Assembly: GCA_030141605.1 (NCBI GenBank)
Contig: JAQGDQ010000092.1
Span: 248,001 to 312,000, forward strand
Direction of reading: 5' to 3'
DNA length: 64,000 bases
Source of the DNA: Tubiluchus corallicola
Lineage: Eukaryota; Animalia; Priapulida
In this document: positions 53,556 through 64,000 of the stretch, piece after piece
Numbering within the stretch: the stretch's first letter is position 1
Layout of the letters: each line of letters begins with the position of its first letter
Notes under the pieces: model-generated
What the model saw: the letters and a program-made list of their open reading frames with translations, nothing else
Database searches by the model: none
What the model was told of the DNA's origin: nothing
Program-made: the position numbers and the translations under genes

Positions 53556-54022
53556 CAGTGACGTGAAAGGTTCTAATCAGAGGGAGCAAAAGGTGTAAAA
53601 ACATCTCTTTACCTCCCCGTCATTTTCAGCTAAGGGGTCTGGGGTTATTATTGCATTTAAGACATTTTAACGGTTTAAAATGAGATGTAAATTAGGCTTT
53701 GCACATTAGCTTTTCCAAATCTCAAAAAACTGCTCAAAATTGATGTATATAGGCCTACAATAGGCCAAATTTTATTACACTTCTCACCAACATTTTTTTA
53801 TTTTGAAAATAAAACTATAACAAGAAGAATCTACATTACAGAATCTTAAGTAAAACATTGCAAATAAGCTAAAACATATAATTTGCTTTTTCTAGACATT
53901 TTTTTCATTTGTGACCCTTCTTATTTCATCCAATTTAGCTCTCTTTATGCAAACTTGGCGCTCAAACAGAAATAGTTGCAAGGAAGGAAATTGGCCCTGT
54001 ACCCCTGGTCATAACTCCACTG
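53556..54022. mobile_element. hAT-superfamily MITE
   Basis: Exact 8-bp TSD TTGCTTTT (53548-53555, 54023-54030). Termini CAGTGACGT versus reverse complement CAGTGGAGT. Confidence 0.75.
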
Positions 54023-55496
54023 TTGCTTTTGCACGAATTCTAAATTACTAAGCAAATGTACCAGACTGCTACTAAGTCACTAAGTGAAAACTCATCCAAA
54101 CTAGAACGTACATTCAACTGCTTTTATCGGCTGGTTTAATATACATACAGCAATACATTTTTTGATTGGCAGATGTCTAAAATTTTTTTTATATTATAGC
54201 ACATAATTTATAATATACGCTACAAGTGCATGTGTATTTGCTAGAAATTTGAAGTTGAGACTACCAACACATACTTCTACGTCTGTGATCTGTTTATTGC
54301 ATAGTGTGATTAGATCTAATTGATTACATTCCTTACTTCTTTTTTCGTTTATAATAATAAGCAGATGACTATATTATCGGCGAAAAATTTTTGCCTTTCC
54401 CATTACGAACAATGGCGTGAAGAATTTGACACGCTGCGCCCATGTTTCAGGAATTCACTTATATATATATATATATATATATGCGAAGCCAATTTTTTCC
54501 AATTCCTGTTCTGGTCTTTCGGTTCAGTACTTCGTTGCTTCCACTAATATGCTTGTGAATTTTTCTCAACCCAATAAAATTCAAGTTTTTTCAACCTTAA
54601 TTTATCGTTTTCGAGTTAGCTCTGCACCAAACAAAGTAAATTAAAACACACTGAAAGTAACGCACGTTCGTTCTACAGAAAACTACAAAAACAGAATACG
54701 TTAACTAACCGTTGCGCCTACTATTTTTACGCAGTAACTTCAGGCCAGCCGTGTACGCAAATAACCGTAGAATCGAATTCGTAATTATTTCGAGGATGAG
54801 ACATTACTATGAATTACAATACAACAGAAAAATAATTTAGCGCTATATGACAAACAAAAAATTACAAAGAATTTGTTGAAATTATTGTGTACAAACGACT
54901 AAAAATGTGAGTTTCTCATCAACTGATTTCATAATTATTGCGCAAACATTGCTGATTGGCTGGATTGTTATTGCTTTTGTGGAAGTTTTCGCACGGCACA
55001 ATGTCCCAATACGTTGATAACTTTTGACAGCAAATAAATTAAACTTAAGAAGTTGTATTACAGTTTAGAATCCCTTTAAGTTCCACTGAAATAACCAATT
55101 AACCATGTTTCTGTACTTCAACTGGTAGTTCAGTGCTTTGAGTTCATATATTATGCATTTCTTGTTTTGGTATTAGAGAACTGTTTAATAATTTATTGCC
55201 TGAATAGCAGGACAACTAAGTATAAAGTAATTTGTTGTTGCGGTGTATGACTATGCATACTGTCATTTTTAGCTGTTTCTCTTTACTGATAGAGAATGTT
55301 CGCAAAAACATCCGAAGCTTCCCGTACTTCTTTATTGCACATATTGGTATGCAAAGTATTCATCATCTGGTTCAGTAATCTCTGAGTAATCGTATTGGAA
55401 GCCCCAAGAATATGCCTATTCAACCTGTTTTGAAATACATTGAATATATTTGTATGGCTATTGTAGTCAGTAATGTTGAATTTGTGTATATTCTCT

Positions 55497-55718
55497 GACG
55501 ACGACGACGATAACAACAACGACAATAACGACGACGACAACAACAACACGAACAACGACCACGACCACGGCGGCATCAGATGCAGCATCAGCAACAACAA
55601 CAGTAACAACAGCGAAAGCAACAGAAACAGCAACAACAAGAACAACAACAGTAACAGTAACTTCAACAGCAACAGTAACAGCAGCAGCAGCAGCCGTCGA
55701 CGACGATAACAACAACAA
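55497..55718. repeat. Degenerate (CAA/GAC/CAG)n trinucleotide tract
   Basis: Direct reading. Confidence 0.93.
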
Positions 55719-58700
55719 GCGTATTATTATTTCATAATTTCTGCCAATTGCAGAAGCCGAGTACTGTATCAGCTATAGGTTATCTAATCAATTACTGACG
55801 TTATCTTATGTGCTCATGAATTAATTAGAAGCTTACCATTACTCATCTGAACAGGTATTAGAGTGCTTGTGCTATTCACGTATGCATTTATAACAGCAGA
55901 TGTCTTGAAAGGAAATAAGGCCTCTAGTGTGGACATTATTCATTAATTAACGGATATTAATTAAGGAAAGAAGATATCTAGCATGTAATCAAGTTGTTCA
56001 GGAAAGTAAATCAGATTTGAAAAAGAAGTTCAAAAACGTTTGTGTAAACCTCATATCTATTATTCTCCGAACGTTTCCAACGGGTAACGATACTGAGACA
56101 CATCTACAATTTAATGAATTTAATTAAATATTGCCATGGGCGGATTGAATCCAACCCTAAGGGAACAGAAAGCCGAAGGGGTCATCAAAATCTACGAGTT
56201 CTTATCCTTATGTTGGCGAGAGTAAGACAGCTATTTCATATACGATATGTATTTTTTTATATTTACATATTATAGGCTTTTACATTTACATAAGCACGAT
56301 TTGTTTCATAAAAATAAGCAAGATTGTGAAGCTCAAGTGTCTGTACAGGCACTTTCTGAACTAATTATTTTGAACAGAAGAATGCTTAAAAAAACTTCAT
56401 AAGTTTCTATCATGCATCGTAATATCCAATAAATAGGTGAAGGCTTACATACTTTAGAATTTTTTGGTAACACGTTAGAACGGGATCACCCGTAAAAAGA
56501 CCTAAGGTACCCAAAGCTTTAAAGGCCCATGTATCCTAGATAGGTTTACTAGCCAGTTCAGGCCTAAGCATGACTGTGTTGTAGTTAATTAAAATTCAGC
56601 ACTTTAACACATTTGAAAGAACTACAATGAATGTGACTAAATATGTTTGTTAACAGCACAAGCCAGGCGTAAAAATTGCTTTTACAGAATAATTACTCAA
56701 GCTTTCTGGTGAATTTTTATTGTCTAGGAAGGTGTAGAACTATCCGAATTTGTCATGTTTAGTGAGTATTTGTGTTTTTTACTCTAATCAAGTATCAAGC
56801 TGCGTTCACCAGTATTCTAAGGTATACAATAAAATTGCGCAAATCTTGCAAAGGCTATGTATAAAACCTGTGACCATGACACCAGAATGAAATGTGGAAT
56901 GGTTTTAGGTTTCAGGTTGAAAAGTGTTTTATTCAGTAATGAAGTTTGATCCGTTCTCAGCTAAGCCATCACGTCGCTCTAAATTAAAAATAAGCTCAAT
57001 TTAATTTTTTTCTAGTTCTAACTTAGAGTCTAGTCTAAATTTTCTCCACAGTAGCGTGGTTAAGTCAAAGAGGTAGTGAGTCAGTCTATATGTCAGTCAG
57101 CAAACATGAAATTGCAATGGTATTAAGTCTAGGATCCTATGTGATCTGATCCTATTTGATCTGTCACTTGTGCTAGAGTTTTTGAAATCAGATTACAAGA
57201 TACATCGTGTTTTTTATTTTTGCTTATAATGCATATACAGTTGCCTTGAGAAATATACTGATATTTGAATAAACTAACTAACACATTTAATTCCTTATGC
57301 AATAATTCGCTAGTTATCATAGCAAATTATTCAAATTTCTTAAGATACTGGCATATCTTAATAAACTATAAGAGAATTTTTATTATTAAGTTTTCTTTTT
57401 CATTTGCCGCTGAGTGAATGTTAATTGTTTATTTATACGAATGTTTGCTCTTTCACTTGTTTTTTATTGCTCACTGGTTTGTTTACTTGCTTACGTGTTA
57501 TTTTGTATACCTGCTAATGGCTAATATCTTGCTTAATTAATCGGTTAACTGGCTATAAATTACTCACTATAAATTACTATAAATGGCTGTCTGTTTGGCT
57601 GGTTAAATATAAATACGATTGACTGATTCATGGATGATAGTTTAGCTTTTCATCCATAGTTTAGCTAAATTAAATTCTAAATTTAACCATCAACGATTTC
57701 AAAATCCATTTCGGGCTCCTTCTTTTTTGGTTTCACGATTTTTAATTAAAGCTTTGTTTTGTTAGTTGTATGGTTGTTTGTTTGCATGTTGGCAGGTTGG
57801 CAAGTCTGCTGTCGAGTAGCTGAGCTCTTAAGTAGGTCTGTAAGTTAGCTACTTTGTTGGGTAGGCTTTCTGGTCGTTAGGTTTCTCAATTCATTCGTAC
57901 GTTCATTCAATTGTTCGCGGAAAGTTTTCATACTAGTCCAGTAGGTTATTTTTGAAACGTTTCAAGCCATGTTGTTAATTTAAAAATTAATGCTATATCA
58001 TTACACACAAAAATATAGTTTCTTTCTTTTAAGTGTCGATATCAGTTGCATGAATAACGCGAGAATTATTGCGTTATTCAATAAATTACGTAACGTTTAA
58101 AGAACTTTTCAGAAGTCTTTTAAGTAATAACTTTTACTTTGTGGAAATTTTTGACATAAAGTACGCAGTAATTTACTTCTTCCGCCAACTTAAAAGAGAT
58201 AAAGAGATGAATGAATTGAGAACACATGCGATTGGATAAATCAAAACTTAACGAATAAATGTAAATGTGAGCAACGAAAGGTAAATACATGAATGAGTGA
58301 GTGAGTGAGTGAATGAGTGAGTGAGTGAGTGAGCGTGCGTGCGTGCATGCATCAGTGTAATGACACATTAGCATCTTATCTTCTTGTACAGCTGGTAATA
58401 TGTAACAGAACATTAACAACTACGTAAAAGACGTAAACGAAAATCATTGTTATCAAGGAATATTTAAGATTGTATCAGAATATAAGCTACCAACATTATT
58501 AACAAAACAAAGAGAGTGGTTAGTTATTTAATAGAGAGCAGCCTGTAAAAGAATTTATTATTAACATTGTAAATGGCTTGAAATTGAAGATACAATTTGT
58601 GAGATTATGAATAGTTAAAATTTGGCCTATCGCTGGTTAGGAAAGAATCCATACTCCCCGTGGAACAGTGAAGGTCAGCAGAAACCTATTAGACACACTG

Positions 58701-59429
58701 TAACATATCATTGCCTTGATTACTTCTGTTTGCCCCACTTCGTTTAATTTTAGTAAATAATATGTGGACCAAACATACCGTTAAATTGTTGCTTACAAGT
58801 ACTAAGAACGTCGTTCACATTGCTTACCGAAGAATCGAAGAGCCGCTTACATTGTTTACAAACAATGCCATTTTGATTGTTTACAATGACCGAGGCAAGA
58901 CCGAATCTAGACAGAAGAGCATACAGTCGCAATTAAGGAAAATACATGTACACTGTGGGAGCTTTCGGGTTAAGTTTAAACTGCTTACATTAGTACTGTA
59001 CATGTGTCTTTATTTTGTTATTACAAAATTCGGTAGAGCACTTTGCTACATTACAGCTTATGTAGATGAGTTGTTGGGCTGGTCTGTTTTAAGCATGGTG
59101 GTGGCACTGAACAAATTGGCATTTTCGAGTAAATTTGTCTTAGACACAAGTAACACAGCGCAATTACTTTGCTGTTTATTATCCCTATCCGCTAGTTACA
59201 GAATGACCATCAGCCTTGTGGCGCCTTCTGAAGTTTCCTTTTGAAAACAAAGTTGGCAGGTCCACAGTTCACATCAATTTGCAGAATGTATAACATTATT
59301 TACTATGCTTGTTTCAACATATATGATATTAATTAGGTAGGAGGCACTCGTAAACTAAAACTTCGGACTTTCAAACATTGTAGTGTGACGCTTAAGCGTT
59401 GTCTTAATACAGATATAGATACAGACTTC

Positions 59430-59933
59430 AGTGTGTATCACGCGTATTTCATTAGTTCTACGTGTTTTCAATACACTGAGATATATGGGTTATTCTAGCC
59501 ACGAACAATGTAAGTTTGTCACCTAAATTAGATGTTTAAAAAGATTTGACATAATTATTTTTCATTAATTCTGAATCGCTTTATATAAAACCGAATTAAC
59601 ATCATACTTCATGAAATAGCTAGAATCAGTATTCTGCATACATAATGCTGGCATTTCTACAATGAATCAAATAAACATAAGCGTTACCGTTGCAAAGTTA
59701 TCGGGCCCATGTCTGTCACCGTTTCATCATCTCTGTTGTACCTATAAGACCACCAATAATCTGAACTTGGTCTGCATTTACAAAACAAAAATTATAGCTG
59801 TTGTAGCATTATAGTATTATTATAGTATTTTTACTTTTTTAGGCTAACGTGCATGCCAAAAAAGACAGTTTGAATGTCTTAACAGGCGCCTTTAAGAAAT
59901 TTAAGCCGTGAAGAAATTGACTTCTTCGGGAAA
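59430..59933 (+). promoter_or_regulatory. Putative TSS region, short non-coding first exon (ending 59509), 5' UTR intron (59510-59842) and UTR part of next exon of the LRR gene
   Basis: GTAAGT donor at 59510 and a strong acceptor ttttacttttttAG at 59841-59842, 91 nt before the ATG. Inr-like TCAGT/TTAGTT sequences at about 59428-59457. The TSS position is a guess. Confidence 0.4.
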
Positions 59934-61411
59934 ATGCTTTGCTTCAAATGCCAAGTTGCACAAATCGTTATGTTTACTATCTTGTTTTATTTAATCACTT
60001 TTGATCAAGCTGTAGCAGAAGAGGTAAAGGTATCACATCGTCAAAATAACTGCCCTGCTGCTGCCAGTATTCGACCTTGCAAGTGCTTCATCACATTTGA
60101 ACATGAACTTTGGGTGGAGTGCAACAGCAAAGACTCAGCAGAGATACTAGGCATTCTAAACTCGAAATTCACGGGTATTCTTGTAGATTCGCTATACATC
60201 ACAGACAGTGTTGTGGAGACGCTAGAAGCTGATGCGTTTGCCAACGTGACAATACGCAGACTTTACTTGCACTACTTGCAACTGAAAGCAATAGATGAAT
60301 ATGCTTTCTCGGGACTAGAGAAGACGTTGGAAAAACTAGATGTTCAAATGAATGACATTGAACAAGTACCTAATCTGCAGAATTTTTCCTCATTAAGTTG
60401 GTTGTCGTTGATAGAAAATCCTATTAAAGAAATCAAATCGAGTGATTTTGAAAATCTGCCACAACTTCAGATACTTTTTCTAACCGGAAGTGATGTTGAC
60501 ACTGTCCCCGACAAAATGTTTACAGGACTATGCGAAAGAATTGTTCTTAGCCGTAACAACATTACGGTTTTTGCACAGTTTAAAGAAATGACTCAAGTGA
60601 CAGAGATATGGTTGGATCACAATCGACTGGAAGTTATATCATCTTTCTCGTTTGTTGATTTGCCCACATTAAAACTGTTAAATTTAGCTAACAATAGAAT
60701 AACTGAGTTCGCTATTGATGCTTTAAGTGGAACAACATTGGAATCCATTGAAGTGCTTTACCTGTCTAATAACGAACTTGAAAACATTCCACCATCTGCA
60801 TTTGCCACATTTAAATCACTGCAAACAATCGATCTGAGAGGTAACAGGCTGACAACGGTCGGCGATTGGTTTTCCAACACCAATAATGCATTAAGAGAAT
60901 TAATATTGACAGATAATAAAATCGTCTCGCTTTCAGAAGGAATTCTATGGCCATCAAGCTTGAACCATTTGCGTCTGAATCACAACAGTCTCGCTGAATT
61001 AAATGGTATCAACGCAACTTCGGAATTGAAAACACTTGACCTGTCCAACAATGATATTAGAGAAATTGATTTGGACAAATTGTCAGGCCTCGACATAGAC
61101 AATTTAACAACAATAACACTTGCAAATAACAGAATTGGGTCTCAAACAGGCTTTCTGAAGTCAAAGTCCCTTAAGGCTCTTGATGTGAGCAACAATTATT
61201 TTGAGTCATTCCACCAGAGCAGTTCGGATGATTTACCTGAATTAGAACATCTATACCTGAGTGGAAACCTCCTTAACAACATTGATGAAAAGTTAACAGT
61301 TTTTGCGCCGAAATTAAGAAGTCTCTATGTACATCAGAACAACATCAGCAAAATACAGAATAATGTTCTGCAAAATATTTCCAAAACAATAGAGGATATT
61401 GGACTGCGGGG
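59934..61411 (+). CDS. LRR type I transmembrane protein, coding exon 1 (signal peptide, LRRNT, ~17-18 LRRs)
   Basis: Signal peptide MLCFKCQVAQIVMFTILFYLITFDQAVA, LRRNT CPAAASIRPCKC..VEC and repeated LxxLxLxxNxI/L units. The GT donor at 61412 (phase 2) splices in frame to 61903. Confidence 0.93.
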
Positions 61412-61902
61412 GTAAACCTACAATGTTTTTTGTTGTTTCTTTTATTTTTACTTGTCTGAAAACAGTTCACTTACTAATGAGTTTTTCTATAAATTACCTC
61501 TACTAACTAAGAGTTAGCGGCAAGTAATATTTTCAGTAGTTTGTTTGATTGTTTTCTTTTGTTTATCCACAAGACGCTTGGTATCTTTCTTAACATACTT
61601 TCCTTAATTTACTAATCTATTAATATGCTATACTTAAATTATTTGACCAAAAGTCAAAGGCTAATAATATATAGATCATGTGAAGGGCGCCCAATGATGG
61701 CATGTCGTGCTGTACAATGTGAATCAGCATAATGAGCTAGCTTAGTTGAAGGGAGACTGAAAAGGAAAATGAAAGGGAGAAAAGATACAGGCAAAGACCC
61801 CTAAACTGAGACATAGTTATCTGAAATGCTTTTTATAATTTAAAGGAAACTTTTATGTTTGCTTTACACGATTTCATTTTCGTAGTTTTTCCTTTTACTT
61901 AG

Positions 61903-62042
61903 GAACCTCATTCATGCTGTTGAAGAAGGAGCGTACGCCGATTTGGAAAAGCTATTTATGATCGATTTACGTGACAACAGGATCGAAACATTATCCCTGA
62001 ACGTCTTTGGTGAAAACGTCCCAGAAATATTACGGCTAGAAG
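61903..62042 (+). CDS. LRR type I transmembrane protein, coding exon 2 (140 nt)
   Basis: Acceptor ttttccttttacttAG at 61901-61902. Translates (G)NLIHAVEEGAYADLEKLFMIDLRDNRIETLSLNVFGENVPEILRLE(G), continuing the LRR register exactly. GT donor at 62043 (phase 1). Not present in the ORF track. Confidence 0.9.
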
Positions 62043-62667
62043 GTTGTATTATATGATTACTCTGTACAGCAGATATTTTGATTATGTTAATTATTGTATT
62101 TTAGAGTAGGACGCTATCGCCAACAATCAGCCCACATAATTGTAACTGACTGGTATGCTCCTTCTGTCTGTGGACTTCATGTTTTATGCCGACAACTGTG
62201 TCCAGAAAATTTTGCTTTTCATTATAATTTATATTTAATACTTTGGATTTGCTGCTGCTGATGGAGTTTTTAAGTAAATAAATACTCCGAAATAGATTTA
62301 GTAAGAAAAGGATGACGACTGCTCTTTCCTTAATTTTATTGTCCCTCGTATTATCAAAAATAAAGGACTTGTCTCATTCGGAAACACACAGGAAATGAAG
62401 CTCGTTGCCGACTGTTTCATCACACTTCACCTTTTCGAATACAATGCTTTTTATCTAGAATCCTGATTCCTTTATGATGTATAAATTGTTGACCATGGAG
62501 TTTCAATCGTCATATCTACAATTCTCCATCCATCTATGATATAAAGCCAATTAATAGTAGAATCATTCATGCATGTTATTAAGTGCATAGTTATTAATTA
62601 TTGTGTGATATTTATTCCACTCCTAGACAATCACGATCTATCAGATAGAGTGTATTGCATTTTTTAG

Positions 62668-63152
62668 GAAACAAACTCAACTGTGATTGCAAACTTCAAT
62701 GGATAGCTGAGTTAGGTGACACACCTCATATTGGGGGCACCTGTTCCCAACCAGATGAGCTACAAGGAATCGATTTACACGACGTAAAGCCTGAAGACAT
62801 GGTATGCATCGCAGAACCATCAACAGATTCCTACACAACCCAAGCTTGGACAACCGACCTGCAGACGACTAAAACACTTGTTGCTAGTGAAGCAACTGAC
62901 ACACTTACTACCGATAAACAAACTAATACGCCTACTCGTGCTACCACAGAAAAGCCTGACAGTGATGTGGATGTCTGGCTCATTGTAGTAATAGTTATAG
63001 CCAGTGTGATGACAACGTGCATCGTTGTTGGATTCATTGTATGCGTAAAGCACAATATCAAGAAAAAACGCGCAAAAAGCGATTTAAAGAATTCATATTA
63101 TACATACAGCGAGCCTACCCTACCTCAGGAGACGATGTCCACTGAACTTTAG
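62668..63152 (+). CDS. LRR type I transmembrane protein, coding exon 3 (LRRCT, Thr-rich stalk, TM helix, cytoplasmic tail ending -STEL)
   Basis: Acceptor gcattttttAG at 62666-62667. Encodes LRRCT GNKLNCDCKLQWI..GTCSQPDELQG..C, a Thr-rich linker, TM VWLIVVIVIASVMTTCIVVGFIVCV, basic stop-transfer KHNIKKKR and TAG at 63150-63152. Spliced CDS = 1478+140+485 = 2103 nt = 700 aa + stop. Confidence 0.92.
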
Positions 63153-64000
63153 CACGAGATCTTTTTTTCGTATTATTGTTGATTGTGCTGAATATGTCGT
63201 CATTCGCATAAGTTTTGGTCGCAGAAACTTTTATAAACCATATTCGTAATTAATGCAGTTGTGACTAAAATTTATATTATCATCGCCTATGTCTTCATGT
63301 AAGATTTTTATAACTTTTTTCGTACAATAACACACTTAATGTGAGTTTTTCGTGTGCCTACTCTTGTCATTAAGAATTATCTCCGTGCTTTTTTTGTAAT
63401 TCAAATGAAGTTGTTGAATAATGGTTCTCACCTTCAGAATAATTCATTACAGCCAAAACGCTTTGCATGATCACTGTGGTTGCTTTATTACTCAATATCT
63501 TGTGATTCTTACCAGAATAATTTAGGCTCTGTACCCGGCACAGGCTAAAAGCATGTGCAGCTTACGAAAGTAAATTGTAATTATTCTTAATCTTAGCGTT
63601 TTAAAATGCGATTAGCTTGCGGAAAATCATGCCCCGCTAAAGCGTAACATTTTATTGACTTCCTGACATTTTAGTAACACTTGAATGCTCGCTTTTTATG
63701 TAGGGCCTACACTTGAGTTAACTGTAAATCGACTGATTTATATTAACATTTAAATGAAACAAAATTGCGAAATACCATACTGAAATAACTGTAGTGAAAC
63801 AAATGTGTCACTTCCATACTCAAACGTACTGAACATTAGGGGGTTAAAGTTAAATCGCAGACGCTGAAATTATACTCGCTTTGATTGGCAGAATAGTTGT
63901 GTTGCTAATCCACCTATATCTGCACGATAAATGCTAGTGTGGTGCCAGTTGTTGGCAATTAAGTCATCAAAAACATATGATTGTGCTGGAATAGATAGAG

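Noticed and set aside
55283-55718. Poly-Leu/Val/Asn ORFs
   Set aside because: Derived from a trinucleotide low-complexity tract.
58762-59244. 160-aa ORF upstream of the LRR gene
   Set aside because: GTG start, no domain similarity, not splice-compatible with the LRR CDS, which has its own signal peptide.

Overview
This is AT-rich, intron-rich animal genomic DNA, most likely from an invertebrate protostome; the species cannot be determined from the sequence. Two protein-coding genes are supported. (1) The minus strand carries the first coding exon of an alpha-neurexin (Nrx-1/NRXN-like: signal peptide, LamG1, EGF1; 39498-38724). It ends at a phase-1 GT donor, and I found no convincing further coding exon in the remaining 38.7 kb. 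(2) The plus strand carries a complete three-coding-exon gene (59934-63152, 700 aa) for a type I membrane protein with LRRNT, about 20 LRRs, LRRCT, a Thr-rich stalk, a TM helix and a short tail ending in a class I PDZ-binding motif (-STEL). The two genes point away from each other, with start codons about 20.4 kb apart. The rest is intronic or intergenic and rich in decayed transposons: a PIF/Harbinger element (TAA TSD) interrupted by a CR1/L2 LINE, three hAT MITEs with exact 8-bp TSDs, an RTEX-like LINE 3' end inside a TIR element, a piggyBac-like TIR pair, BEL/Pao remnants in both orientations, a foldback element and a Penelope-like inverted repeat. Long microsatellites account for most of the long ORFs in the track. 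There are no prokaryotic-type systems, CRISPR arrays, rRNAs or convincing tRNAs. All homology calls come from motif recognition by eye, not from database searches.
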